Shown here piece by piece: positions 13,192 through 26,144 of a stretch of 64,000 bases of DNA. The notes below the pieces were generated by a model that made no database searches, was not told the DNA's origin, and saw only the letters and a list, made by a program, of their open reading frames with translations. A program made the position numbers and the translations under genes. The stretch's first letter is position 1. Every line of letters starts with the position of its first letter. Source of the DNA: Lama guanicoe (Eukaryota); assembly GCA_013239625.1 (NCBI GenBank), contig MU053994.1:2981589-3045588 (forward strand), written 5' to 3'.

Positions 13192-13322
13192 ATAGCACAA
13201 CAATAGAAAAATTAAGAGCTATTTGTTTGGACCATGCCAAACTTGGAGAAAGCAGCCTTAGTCCATCTCTTGACTCGCTTTTCTTTGGTCCTTCAGCCTC
13301 ACAAGTGCTATACCTAACAGAG
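13192..13322 (+). CDS. USP9X: USP9X coding exon (~22)
   Basis: ttacag|AT...GAG|gttggt; 131 nt; (D)[43 protein letters not shown]. Confidence 0.95.
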
Positions 13323-13518
13323 GTTGGTTTTTACTTTCTGAATTTATTTCATGCTCTTCAGATTTGACCTTTTAAATGGTAATGTAAAGAACATAGGTAA
13401 AATTGTAATGAAATATTTTTGAATTTCAAAATACAGGAAAATTTTAAATCATTGATGGTAAGGAAAATAGAAGTTATCTTTTAAAAACCATTGATACAGT
13501 TCTTCTTCTTTTTTCCAG

Positions 13519-13797
13519 GTAGTCTATGCCTTGTTAATGCCTGCTGGTGCACCTCTGGCTGATGATTCTTCAGATTTTCAATTTCACTTCTTAAAAAGTG
13601 GTGGCCTACCCCTTGTCCTGAGTATGCTAACCAGAAACAACTTTCTACCAAATGCAGATATGGAAACTCGAAGGGGTGCCTACCTCAATGCTCTTAAAAT
13701 AGCGAAGCTGTTGCTTACTGCCATTGGCTACGGCCATGTTCGAGCTGTGGCAGAAGCTTGTCAGCCAGGTGTAGAAGGCGTGAATCCTATGGCATCG
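13519..13797 (+). CDS. USP9X: USP9X coding exon (~23)
   Basis: ttccag|GTA...TCG|gtaata; 279 nt; [29 protein letters not shown]...EGVNPMAS. Confidence 0.93.
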
Positions 13798-14030
13798 GTA
13801 ATACAGACTTTTAAAAAGACTCTCTATAATAATAATAATAGATGGTGGTTTTTAAAGTTAAACTTCTTAGCAACTTAGCGAAAGTATAGAGTTTAAAGTT
13901 AATTCAGAATGTTCCTTTCCAGTGGTCCTTCATTTTAGAGGTTTCCTTCTATTAAAAGTACAAATGCTTTTCACTGACTATACTCTGATAGGACAGTTCT
14001 TCCCTGCTCCCTTAAATCCTGTTTGACTTT

Positions 14031-15080
14031 CAATTATTATTTATATGTTTATTTTTTTGTTGACTAGTAATTGATTTACAATGTTAGTTTCAGGTATGCA
14101 ACATAGTGATTTGATATTTTGTAGATTATACTCCATATAAACTTACTATAAAATATTGACTATATCTTACATCCTAATAACATTTATTTTATACCTAGTG
14201 GTTTGTACCTCTTAATTCCTTTCACCTATCTTAACCCTCCCCCACCTCTATCCTTTCCTGGTAACCACTAGTTGTCTGTTTCTGTTTAGTTATATTTGTT
14301 TGTTTTATTTTTTAAATTCCACATATACATGAAAATGTACAGTATTTGTCTTTCTCGGTCTGACTTACTTCATTAAGCATAATACCCTCAGTGTCCATCC
14401 CTGTAGTCACAAATGGCAGCTTTCATTCTTTTTATGGCTGAGTAATATTTCATTGTGTGTGTGTATATACACATACACACCACGTTTTCTTTATCTGTTG
14501 ATGGATACTTAAGTTTCTTCCGTATCTTGGCTATTGTAAATGATGCTGCTGTGAACATTGGGGTTTATATATTTCTTTTCGAATTAGTGTTTTCACTTTC
14601 TTTAGATTTATACTCAGGACTGGAATTGCTGGATCAATGTTTGCCAATGACATGATACTATATATAGAAAACCCTAAAGACTCCACCAAAAAAAAACTAT
14701 TAGAACTAATAAGTGAATTTAGTAAAGTTGCAGAATACAATATTAATATACAGAAATTGTTGCATTTTATATACTAATAATGAACAGAGAAATCAAGAAA
14801 GCAATCATATCAAAAAAATAAAATACCTAGTAATAAATTTAACCAAGGAAGTGAAAGACCTATTTGAAAACAATAAGATGTTTAAAGGAAGTTGGAATAC
14901 AAAGAAATGGAAAGATGTCCATGTTCATGGATTGAAAGAATTAATACTGTTAAAACGTTCATACCTACCCAAAGCAATCTGCAGATTTAATACAATCCCT
15001 ATCAAAATATCTCTGACATTTCTTCATGGAACTAGAACAAATAATCCTAAAATTATATGGAACCACAAAAACCCCACATA
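14031..15080 (-). mobile_element. L1 with 5' inversion (14031-14636 antisense 3' end; 14638-15080 sense ORF2 piece)
   Basis: Left part is antisense L1 3'UTR/ORF2 end; right part encodes FANDMILYIENPKDS...YLPKAICRFNTIPIKI...IIWNHK. Confidence 0.85.
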
Positions 15081-15181
15081 GACTTTAGTTTATTTTAAAC
15101 CTTATAAAAACTCCATAGGAATCTTCTTGGCCCAAATCTAGCAGATATATTGACATAGGTGGTAATTAAAAAAAAGATGTA

Positions 15182-15379
15182 CAATTAACTATTGAACATT
15201 ATGGGTTTGAACTACATGGGTCCACTTACACACAGGCTTTTCACTAAATACTACAGTACTACACAATCCTCGGTTGTATGGAATCACAGATACTCAAGGC
15301 CAGCTGTAAAGTTACATGCAGATTTTTGACTGCACAGAGGGTCTTATCTAATCCCCCCATGCTGTTTGGGCGTTAGCTG
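15182..15379. mobile_element. TcMar-Tigger MITE (Tigger2/MER8-like)
   Basis: TA flanks; caattaactattgaacattatgggtttgaactacatgggtccactta...cgttagctg. Confidence 0.65.
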
Positions 15380-16882
15380 TAATTGATTTAGCCTATTGCC
15401 AGACTCCACACTTTGACAGGCTTAACCTCCAGTTCTGAGCTTATTTTGACTGTCTTTGCTTTGGTGGCATACTTGATCCATTAGATTCCCAAGACATGCT
15501 AGAATTTAGTGCCTATTAATGAGAGATCAAAGTATGCATTTGAGTTCCTTTTTATGCATTGTAAGTGATGGTTTACTAAGTTACCAACAGAAGATAAAAG
15601 CGTTAGGAATAGAAGCTTTTCTTTTTTAGAAACAGTTTAGGTCTTAGGGAGACTAGAATACTGATTAGATATGTGATATTATAATAATCATATAATTGTG
15701 GTAATAGCATTTAGAATTGTTTTAAGTGTGATGATACTGGGATTATGTTTAAAAGGACATAAATAATTTTTAAATAATTATTGAAATATTTACAGATGAA
15801 ATTTTATGGTAGCTAAGATATGATTCAAAATAATCCTAGGGAGAGGATGGAAAGTGAGGGGGAGTGGTTAGACAAAATAATTCTGGTCCTTTGTTCATAA
15901 TTGTTGAAGCTAAGCAATGGGTACACGTGAGTTTATAATACTATTCTCTCCACTTTCATATATGTTAGAAATTTTCACTAAAAAGGATAAAGGAAAAAAT
16001 AGCCTAAGTCTTAAATTGTTTTGTATTGAAGGTACCATGCTTGTTAGGGGATATATATATATCTATATATATATAGTGTTCTTGTTAAGATAAAAACAGA
16101 TTCTTATCATTATCCCTGACATGGGTGCTTCATGAAGTACACAGGAAACAACTACATGCTTCCCACTTTTAATTTTCTCTATTTATTCAGAAAATGTGCA
16201 GCTGCAGATACAAAGGTACATGATAGCCTCTAATCTCAAGGAGCTCACAGTCAGTGGGAGCTAAAGGCAATAACAGATTTGTTTTAAAAATACTGTTGTA
16301 GAAATATTTACAATATAGGGAACAGTAGTTAGAATTTGAAAGGCAGTCAAAATTGTGTGACTAATAACTATTTAAAAGTAATCTTCTTTATGGGCTTAAA
16401 AACTTGGTTATAATATTAAACGAAACACTGGTACCTTTTATACATTAGTACTTTTATTCTGTTAGTGATATTCCTTAATTTTTCTCCTTTTCTAAGAAAG
16501 ATTGGATGACCAGGGTGAATGGGAGCAGGGTCTGCCCAGGGGCATGCATGTTGGAGTACTTCACTGAGTTTCTAATTAGGGTTAGAACCAGTCAGTTCAG
16601 TTTATCATTTACCTCTACAAGTTAGGCTGAACCCACATGTAGAGACTCGTTTAACTGATTTAGAATGAGGGTTTGCGGAGGGATATGTGGCACTTGCCTG
16701 CAGAAGAAAAAGAAGAGGCCCACATTGTTGGCAATATGAAGAGCTTTTTGTGTAAGTTACCACAGGTTATATAGTGTATACACAGAAGAGGTCATCCTGA
16801 GGGAGTGGTGATAAATGAAGAGCAAACGATTTGATCTGGTTATGTACATGGTATTCAAGTAAAATGTTTTATCTTTTTTCAG

Positions 16883-17008
16883 GTCAACCAAGTTACTCAT
16901 GATCAAGCAGTGGTGCTACAAAGTGCCCTTCAGAGCATTCCTAATCCCTCATCTGAATGCATGCTTAGAAATGTGTCAATTCGTCTTGCTCAGCAAATAT
17001 CTGATGAG
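16883..17008 (+). CDS. USP9X: USP9X coding exon (~24)
   Basis: ttcag|GTC...GAG|gtaagt; 126 nt; [42 protein letters not shown]. Confidence 0.95.
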
Positions 17009-17214
17009 GTAAGTATTAAACTTTTAAAGGTCTGAAATTCTGAAAGGTTCATTTCTTTCACTTTTGACCCTCTGTTAATATAGAAACAACCCTTATCACA
17101 ATTTGGAGCTTAATCTTCCTAGGCCCACTCACTTTAATTACTGAGTCTAGATAAAGTTCCTTTAACTTGAATTCTGTCTAATGTTAATATTAGTACTTTC
17201 TGGTTTAATCACCT

Positions 17215-17700
17215 TTATGCACAATGAATAGCATCCTTTTAAAGTATATAGTTTAGTGAATTTTGACAAATACATACATGTGTCAAACCTGTACCACGGA
17301 CAAGACACAAAACATGTCCATCAGTCTTTTCCATATGCCCCTTTACAGTCTGTTCTTCCCTCTATCCCTGGCCTCAGATAACCATTAATCTTTTGTCACT
17401 ATAAAGTTTTCACTTTTTAGAATTTTATATAAATGGAATCATACACTGTTGTTTTATGTCTGGCTGCTTTTACTCAGAATAATGATTTTGAGAATTATCC
17501 TTTTCGTTTCTGAGTAATATCCCATTATGAATATTCCACATTGTATTTATCCATATACTTAGTGAAAGACATTTGAATTGTTTCTCTTTTGGCTGTGAAT
17601 AAAGCTGCTGTGAACATTCTGTACAAGTGTTTGTATGGGCATAGAGTTTTTCTCTTGGGTAAAAAACTAGGAGTGGAATGATTAGATCACATTTATAGTC
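17215..17700 (-). mobile_element. Old L1 3' fragment
   Basis: aattttgacaaatacatac...aaatggaatcatac...aataaagctgctgtgaacatt...ctaggagtggaatg. Confidence 0.75.
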
Positions 17701-17933
17701 TTTTTAAGATTCTTCTGAAAGTAGTACAGGGCCAGATAATAACTTGGAAAGCATACTTTGTGGTGTTGCTGTTAAGCAAAGTAATGGGATGAAGGCTACT
17801 TGGGAGCCTCAAAACACTGGTACTACTTGGGAGCCATTCCTGTGTCCTTTCAGAGAGAAACATTTTTGCTTTTCTAGTGGTTATTTCACTCTGATACTCT
17901 TACCAACAGTTTTATTTACTCATTATCTTGTAG

Positions 17934-18059
17934 GCTTCAAGATATATGCCTGATATTTGTGTAATTAGAGCTATACAAAAAATTATCTGGGCATCAGGAT
18001 GTGGAGCATTACAGCTAGTGTTTAGCCCAAATGAAGAAATCACTAAAATTTATGAGAAG
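17934..18059 (+). CDS. USP9X: USP9X coding exon (~25)
   Basis: tgtag|GCT...AAG|gtaaga; 126 nt; [42 protein letters not shown]. Confidence 0.95.
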
Positions 18060-19266
18060 GTAAGAATTACCACAGAAATTTATTCTTTTAAAATAAATGT
18101 TGTTTAATTGTGCATAAGGCTGAATTACATCTGTCATCTTTAAAAGTCAAATCACATGTATCTTAGTGGTTAAAAATTAATTGGTAGCTATAGTTAAGAT
18201 GAGTATACAGTAATATTTTACTTTGAAAATAGTTAATTAGTTAATTCAGAATCATGCCATGAGTCTGCTTTTTCTTAATATGCAACTGTCCTTTTCTACT
18301 TGTCACTGGGATCAGATATAATTGTTTCATACTGAATTTGCTTTCTCCCGTTCTCTATTCTTTCATCATCTTTCTGTCCTATGTAAATTTTGGTTTAGGT
18401 AGCTGTTAGTTGTAGTATCATGGTATTTGAGTATTTTTGACTCTCTTAAAGTAGTCAAAAGTAGAATGTCAGCCAGTTAAGTGTCATCATTGATGTATTA
18501 GATTAATCAAAGTACCTACAGAAGAGGGGCTATGTTTGACTCTGATTTTTTTATGTCCCTACCCCTGATAGCTGCTGCTGCATAAATTAAGTTACAGGAG
18601 CTTCCCTTTTATGGCCAACATAACCCTGATTTGCCTAGTATATATGCTGGTGTCCTGTAGTATGTCTGGTATAGTGCTGGGTTCAGCTAATATTTTAATT
18701 ATAATATTCAGCTAATATTTTAATGCCTATTCTTTTTCAGACATGTACTGTAACTGTTACTTATTGATAAATTCAGGTTAGAATTTATTAGCTACTTACC
18801 CAGGTATATTTTAGGTTATAAAATCTTCAAACCCTTCATTGAATAATCATCTGAGATGATTGCTTTCAAATAAAATGACACTATGTAGGTAAGGTACATA
18901 ATGGAACTGGTGAGAAGTAGATACTCTGACTGCAGTGCCAGAGTGATTCTTGAGGAAGGAATAATTGTTGGCGTGGAATTATACAATTCAGAAGGTCTTT
19001 AGGAGCCTGAGGGACAAAGAAGCAGGTGGTATCCTCAGTGTGCCCCTTTAGCCCTTCTTGGGATGTAGCAAAATAATAGAATTAGATTTCATCATCTATT
19101 AATAGTCATTTCCATACTCTTCCAAAGGAGCCTCAAGAGTTACAGGTAAAAAGGCTGAGGCCAAGTGGTCTAAGTGAGTAGGTAATGTTTTCAGGACAAA
19201 CCTAAAGTTGTGTGAGATTTTTTTTCTTTACCTCTGGGTGATTTTTCCCTGACTATATTTTTACAG

Positions 19267-19433
19267 ACCAATGCAGGCTGTGATCCAGACTTGGAAGATG
19301 AACAGGTTTGCTGTGAAGCATTGGAAGTGATGACGTTATGTTTTGCCTTGATTCCGACAGCCTTAGATGCTCTTAGTAAAGAAAAGGCTTGGCAGACATT
19401 CATTATTGACTTACTATTGCACTGTCACAGCAA
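19267..19433 (+). CDS. USP9X: USP9X coding exon (~26)
   Basis: ttacag|ACC...AA|gtaagt; 167 nt; [55 protein letters not shown](K). Confidence 0.95.
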
Positions 19434-20157
19434 GTAAGTATGTTTTTTAATTGTAAGAAATTTGATCTTACATTTGTAAGCAGAAATGAGTTCATTTATG
19501 CTGGCAAATTTTATCCCAGGAATCAAATATTTATTGTCGCCATAGCACATTAATGTTTAGAAAATTTTTAACTATGTTTTGCCTAGGCCTGAATTTGGTT
19601 TTAGTCTCTGCAGAATGCCAACGTTAATTCTCAAAATTAATTTTTCTCTAATTCCAGAATTTAGTTTCACCTAAGAGGTATGTATTTTAGCCCATTTTAA
19701 AAATCTAGTTTACAAGATTTAAGTTAAATAGGACATATTAGCTCCCTGTCTTCAATACCTAGAAGCTTAAGTGGTTTTTTTGGTGAAGTTTTTAAGTCAG
19801 TATGAAATTCACAAGGCATGATGATGGTAAAGAACTTTTGCATTTTACACTGAGAATGAAAACCGACTATGAAGTCCTCGTTTTTCATTTCAGAAGCATT
19901 TAATCAATGATATTAATCTTGTTTCGGGCTTGTTTTTGTGCAAGTCAATCGAATTTGTAGAAAATGTTCATTTCTATCCTCTTACGTCAATCTGATTTTG
20001 ACCTTTAATAAGGTAACTTTTTAAACTCAAGCTCTAATTAGTGTCACTGTTACATGTAATTACATGCATCTTATGAAAAGACAGAAAATGTTCTCTTTGT
20101 TTATTCTGCCACATGCCATTCAACAATGACAGAAATCACTGATGAAAAGTTAGTGTA

Positions 20158-20257
20158 GGGAGGGTGAGGTATAGTTCAGCAGTAGAGCGTATGCTAAGGT
20201 TCAAAGCCCAGTACATCCAAAAAAAAAAAAAAAGTGTAGGGAACCTCACCAAAAAAA
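20158..20257 (+). mobile_element. tRNA-derived SINE, internally deleted
   Basis: Head and degenerate B-box, anticodon arm shortened; TSD aaaagttagtgta at 20145 and 20258. Confidence 0.8.
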
Positions 20258-22627
20258 AAAAGTTAGTGTAAAGTCACAGTAAGCAATTTGCCGAAATGAA
20301 TCCTAGTGATAAAGTCTTTTGGGGTTTTGTTTTTGTTTTAAGTGCACATGATGTGAATGGAGTAGGTTCATCTCACTCCATGGAATGCTGTAGAATAATT
20401 TAGAGGTCTTAAGTGGGAATCTCTACTATTTTACAGGTTTCTTAGTAATTTCCTTGAAGGCATCTAATTCAGAAAGTCCTTTGATAGGATACCCCCAAAT
20501 AAGATTGAGCTTACTCTCTCCTTGAGAAGAGTTTATCATCATTGGACAACTCTGTAGGTTAATAAAGATAAATAGGTTGAGTAAGTCTGGTTCCACTTAA
20601 TAACACATTGGATGGAGGAAGGAGAGGAAAGATGGTTAGCCATGAATTTTGATGAAGTCAAGCCTGAAGGTACAAGTTTCTTATTCTGTGATAATTTTTA
20701 AATATTAAACTAAATTAGGAACTTATTTCACTTCCTTGGCTACTAAGTATCCTCCTAAGCTTTTGAAAATCCCCATTATAGGAAGTTAGAATCATTTAAC
20801 TCCTCTCCTCCTTGAAAAATTGTACACAATGAAGTAAAGTACCATATACAGCAATTCTTGTCATTGTGTCTCTGTTATCTTGTCTTTGACAACAAAGGGG
20901 GGTCTTCTAACACTAAGATCTTTTTGAGCTTTAGGTATCTGATTTTCTTCTCTAGTACTGATTCTTATCCTGCCCTGCAGTTTTAAGTCATTTTATAAAT
21001 ATCTGAGGTTCAGAATTCCTTGTGAAAATTTGACAGCAAATCTGACCTGAACATAATTGGTTGGCATTACCTTTCTAAATTCTGAATTCCCCAAACATAT
21101 CTGGCCCCAAAGATTTCAGATAAGACATTGTGGACCTGCATACATGAGCTACCCTTGAGGTAGAGTTTATATTTGAGTGGTTATATTACTAACTAGTGTA
21201 GCTGTTTTCAATACATTTGCCATATATATTTACTCAATTTTATACCAACTCAGAAGTAGACTTTAAATGGCGATGTCATAATTCCTAAATTCAGACTTTT
21301 CTCTGTTACATAGTTTACTCTGTATAATTACAATTCACCAGCAAATTATGTGAGTTCCTACTATGTGCTTAACAATGAAAATCCAAAATCAAATAAGATA
21401 GTTCTTGTACTTAAGGAACTTTGAGACAGAAGTTAGTGTCATAAAAGTTGAAGTACTTTGAGAATTGGAAGAGGAGTAAGTTACTTTCTACTTGGAACAA
21501 GTAAAAGTGAAGTTTCTTGTGCAGAATGTAGCATGTGTGCTCATGTTTGGGTAACATTTATATGTTCATAATAATGGAAAATGGAAATTGGCAGTGCCCT
21601 CCTTCTCTCTCACCCTCATTCCCCCTTATGCTGTTTCTGCTTCCTGTAGTTTTGAACTCCATACACTTTCCTCTCCATACTGCTTCTGCCTTCATCTAAG
21701 CAACCAGCATCCATTGTCTGGACAGTTGTAATATCCTTAATCTTCCCACCCCTAGTGCTGTCCGACTAAGGTATTGCTCTAATCTGTTGACCGTAGGGAG
21801 TGATCTTTGTAAAATATGATCGTGGTGTTTTTCTGCTTACAATCTTTCTGTGTCTTTCCATTGCCTTCGAATTAAGTGTAAACATTTAAATTTGATTTTA
21901 AACACTCCACAATTTAGCCTTTGCTTCTGTTCATATGTTTCAATTTCAGTGCCACATTTTCCAGGAGTTTTCCTTATCCCTAGACTTGGAAGGTCTTCCA
22001 GACCTCTGCTCCTATTAAAAGAGGTCTGCTTCCATGTAACATTGACCTTATTTTATTGTAATAACTCGCAATTAGATTTGAATTCCTTTAGGTGGATATG
22101 TTTATTCTAGCCCCTTTCTGCACCTGTTGCTTTGTACCCTTCCTGTTTAGTTCCTTTGTGTTACCTCTCTGATCCATGGAGGCATTTGAGTTTGACATTC
22201 CTGACATAGTCCTTTCAGGGCACAGCTGAATAGTCCAGTAGAAGAGGAGAAAAGGATAATGCTGTAAAGGAGATTGCGGAGTCAGTTTACAGAAGGCCTT
22301 TGATGCTGAGAACTAAGTAGTGTTAGATTTTAATATAGTAGGCAGTCTCAATAGTAAATAATTTATCAAGTACCTATTATGCAGTGTTCTAGCTCCCAGG
22401 GATATAGCAGTAAACAAAACAGATAAAATGTCAGCCTTCTTGGAGTCTGTTTACTACAGGGGGTGGGGAGTAGGAAGGGGAGACATGGGAAAATATGTAA
22501 TGTTGTAATAAATGCTATCAAGAGAGATAAAGCAGGAATTAGGGATAAGGGGTAGAGAGATCAGTGGAGTTCAGTATTATATAGGATATTCAGGGAAGGC
22601 TTCCCTAACAAGGTAACTTTAAACAAA

Positions 22628-22786
22628 AATTTTTTTGTTTTTTTGGTGGGGGGTAATTAGGTTTCTTTATGTATTTTAATTTATTTTTTATTTATTATTA
22701 TTTTTTTAAGTGGAGGTACTGGGGATTGAACCCAGGACCTTGTGCATACTAAGCATGCACTCTACTGCTGAGCTATACCCTCCCCC
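22628..22786 (-). mobile_element. tRNA-Ala-derived SINE (full length)
   Basis: ggaggtactggggattgaacccaggaccttgtgcatactaagcatgcactctactgctgagctataccctcccc plus tail. Confidence 0.9.
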
Positions 22787-22800
22787 TAGCAAGGTGACTT

Positions 22801-23135
22801 TTTTTTTAATAGACTATTTTTTTTAAAGCAGTTTCAGGTTCACAGCAGAATGGAGCAGAAAATACAGAATTCTCACATAGCCCTGCCCACCCACACATAT
22901 ATACTCCCCTACCCTTAACATCCCTCACCAGTGTGGCATATTTGGTACAATCGGTGAACCAACGTGGACACATTATTATCAACCACAGTCCATAGTTTAC
23001 ATTAGGATTCACTTTTGATGTTGTACATTCTGTGGGTTTTGACAAAATGCATAATGACATGTAGCCACCACTGTAGTATCATACAGAATAATTTCATTGT
23101 CATAAGAATCTCTTGTGCTCCATCTATTCATTTCT
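22801..23135 (-). mobile_element. L1 3' end fragment
   Basis: tttaatagactattttt...gcagtttcaggttcacagcag...catagtttacattagg...ttttgacaaaatgcataatgac. Confidence 0.8.
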
Positions 23136-24115
23136 CAAGGTAACCTTTTAAACAAAGCTCTGAAAGAGTGATGAAGTGATCCATGCAGATAATGGGGGAA
23201 GTGTATTTTAAGCAGAAGGAATAGATGTAAATGTCCCAAGTCAGGAACATACTTCACATGTTAAAGAACAGCACTGAGGCTAGTGTGGCTGGAACAGCAG
23301 GGACTGGGGTGGGGTGGGGAGTTGTAGGAGATACGGTCAGTCAGGCAACCAGGAGCATGTAAAGGTTTTATAGATCATTGTAAAAATATTACTGAGTCTG
23401 CGTGTGTGAGGGAGGATTCACCAGAAACTGATAAGCACCAACTCTTTATAGACCCTCACCCTATTTGGGCTGCATACCTAACTTTTTAAAAAATAAACGA
23501 GGGTAGCATGAATGACATATACCTTTGAAAATACAATAAAAGTTAAGGACCTTCTCCCCCAAAAGTAGGTACTCCTGACTTTAATTTATTTGAATTTCAC
23601 CAAATTCAAACCACAAAACTTTTAAAGGTCTGGTTTCTAAGACTATGTGTGGGTTTCAGAAACCTAAAAATCATCCAGGAGGGAGGTTAATATATGGAAT
23701 GTATACTGTTCTTTACATCAAACTATAAATTTGGTTTTAAGTGCTCTGTCAGCTAGCACAGTGACTGAAACATGGCTATCCATGAAATGTAGTTTGTAAT
23801 GTCTGTAATATACACAAATGCTGAAACAGCAGGTACTTACTGAGTATCTTCCATATGTCAGACGTTGTTCTAGGTGCCAGGAACTCATGCATCAACAAAG
23901 CAAAGCCCTGCCCTGAAAGAGCTTACTTCATAATGGAAATAGACCACCATCTTGTAAACAAACAGTATTTATACATCTAGTATCTGGTTCTTAGTACGTA
24001 TTATATGCCAGACATCATTCTTCATTCTGGAAGCATAGTTATAAACTAAATAGATGATGTTTTTGCCCTCTTGGAGCACTTATTCTAATGAGATCTGTAT
24101 AGTATACATATTTTT

Positions 24116-24263
24116 AAGATTTGGGGGGGTTGTGTTTTTTTTTATTTTGGGGAGGTTAATTAGGTTTATTTATTTATTTGTTTTTAATGGAAGTACTAGG
24201 GATTGAACCCAGGACCTCATGCATGCTAAGCACACACTCTACCACTGAGCTCTACCCTCCTCC
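24116..24263 (-). mobile_element. tRNA-Ala-derived SINE (full length)
   Basis: Same consensus; TSD agtatacatattttt at 24101 and 24264. Confidence 0.9.
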
Positions 24264-24356
24264 AGTATACATATTTTTTTTAAAGATCTTTTTTTCCCAG
24301 TGCTGGGACCAGAGACAAGTTTTTCCCATGAGTAATCATAGAATATTGTATAATAA

Positions 24357-24520
24357 CGGTGGTTCTCAATCTTTAGTGCACATTAAAGTCACCTAAAGGA
24401 GTTATAAAACAGGTTGCTGGGCCCCACTCCTAGTATTTCTGATCCAGCAGATCTGGGATGGGACCTGAGACAAGTTCTCTGGTGGTGCTGATATGGGTAA
24501 CATGCTTTGGGAATCACTAG
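24357..24520. mobile_element. MER5-type hAT MITE
   Basis: cggtggttctcaa...gctgggccccac...ttctgat...ctttgggaatcact. Confidence 0.7.
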
Positions 24521-24932
24521 TATAATATAAGGGACATCTGCAGCAACATCCTTAACTGTGTAATTGCAGCAGAATTTTTAACAAATTGTTTGCTCCAGAG
24601 CACATTTGAATAAATATTTTATGGAATGCCAAAAAGATGTGTAAGGCTCACTGTACAACTATTATATCTAGAGGAACATTTCCAGCCTGTTCCAAGAAAA
24701 GGGTGTTAAATGGTATCCCTTGAACTCTTCAGTGATAACATGAGGTTCTAGTTCTTGACACACAGCCTAAGTTCATCTGTTATATGTTGCTGCTTAAGTG
24801 TGTGTTACATATTTTTGTATTTTTACTTTTAATTTACCTACCCCTTAACACACACCCCCAAAAGAGACAGTGTTGGAGTCTTTTTTTTTTTCATGAAAAT
24901 AATATATTAAATGTGAAATGTTTGTATTTCAG

Positions 24933-25041
24933 AACTGTTCGCCAGGTGGCACAGGAGCAGTTCTTTTTAATGTGCACCAGATGTTGCATGGGACACAGGC
25001 CCCTACTTTTCTTCATTACTCTGCTCTTCACTGTTTTGGGG
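24933..25041 (+). CDS. USP9X: USP9X coding exon (~27)
   Basis: ttcag|A...GGG|gtaaga; 109 nt; [36 protein letters not shown]. Confidence 0.95.
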
Positions 25042-25267
25042 GTAAGACATTTTGTAATATGCTTATCAATGTGATTCATTCTTTAAACAAGGAATATTCA
25101 GAAATTTTTGGTTTTAGCTTGTATTAAATTTAGATCAGTCTATATTTAATAAATAAAATAGTGATTTCCTATACTATTTTAATCATCTACTCTAGTTAAC
25201 CCTTGGTTTTTAAAAAATGGATTCTAAGCATAGATATATAAATTCTTATTATTCTGTATTGTTTCAG

Positions 25268-25414
25268 AGCACAGCCAGAGAGAGAGCTAAACATTCAGGC
25301 GACTACTTCACTCTTTTAAGGCACCTTCTTAATTATGCTTACAATAGTAATATTAATATACCCAATGCTGAAGTTCTTCTCAATAATGAAATTGACTGGC
25401 TTAAAAGAATTAGG
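25268..25414 (+). CDS. USP9X: USP9X coding exon (~28)
   Basis: ttcag|AGC...AGG|gtaagt; 147 nt; [49 protein letters not shown]. Confidence 0.95.
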
Positions 25415-25997
25415 GTAAGTTGCATTTAACACTGTGTTTACCATATCAACAGTATTTTATTAATAGATAATTTATAGTTTTGAGCATTTTGATTAAATGA
25501 AAAACAAAGAGTAATAAAAAGGACCAAAGAATATACTGTTGATGGATATTAACTCATGATTCACAGGATGAATGCTTAACTAGTTTTGTCAAATGCTTTT
25601 TCTTTTTACTTAAGACTTGGAATACTGATTTTCAGCTTCTATTTAAAAATCTTGATTACAAATTTTCATTTTTTAGAAAGTATTCTTGAACTGTTTTCAT
25701 CAAAAAATGAGTCTCATAGACTAGCACTTAATTAATCACTCTTGATCTTAGCACATAATACTTTTTACTTAGAATTATATGAGAATTTATTTCCAAAGAG
25801 ATTTGTAGCTTTTAGCCTTCAGATTAGCATTTCTTCTACTAGTTTGTAAAGCCTACTTCTAGAAGGTTCTGAAGAGAAAAACTTGCTTAGAATGGAAAGA
25901 TTTGGAGCAATTACCTCTGTCTAGCCGTCTGTTGTTCTGGTTCCCCCCTCTCTCCCTCCCTTGTATAAGTTAGGCATTTGATTTTTTTCTTTGGCAG

Positions 25998-26144
25998 GAT
26001 GATGTTAAAAGAACCGGTGAAACAGGTGTTGAAGAGACAATCTTGGAAGGCCACCTTGGGGTAACAAAAGAATTACTGGCTTTTCAAACCCCTGAGAAAA
26101 AGTATCATATTGGTTGTGAAAAAGGAGGTGCTAATCTGATTAAA
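25998..26144 (+). CDS. USP9X: USP9X coding exon (~29)
   Basis: ggcag|GAT...AAA|gtaagt; 147 nt; [49 protein letters not shown]. Confidence 0.95.

Larger units (their letters stand above)
22350..23385 (-). mobile_element. L2 fragment interrupted by SINE and L1
   Basis: atttatcaagtacctattatg...cagggaaggcttcc...; resumes after 23150 (gatccatgcagata...gaggctagtgtggctggaaca). Confidence 0.6.

Noticed and set aside
19818..19853. C/D box snoRNA (ATGATGA...CTGA)
   Set aside because: The boxes span only about 36 nt, too short, with no convincing terminal stem.
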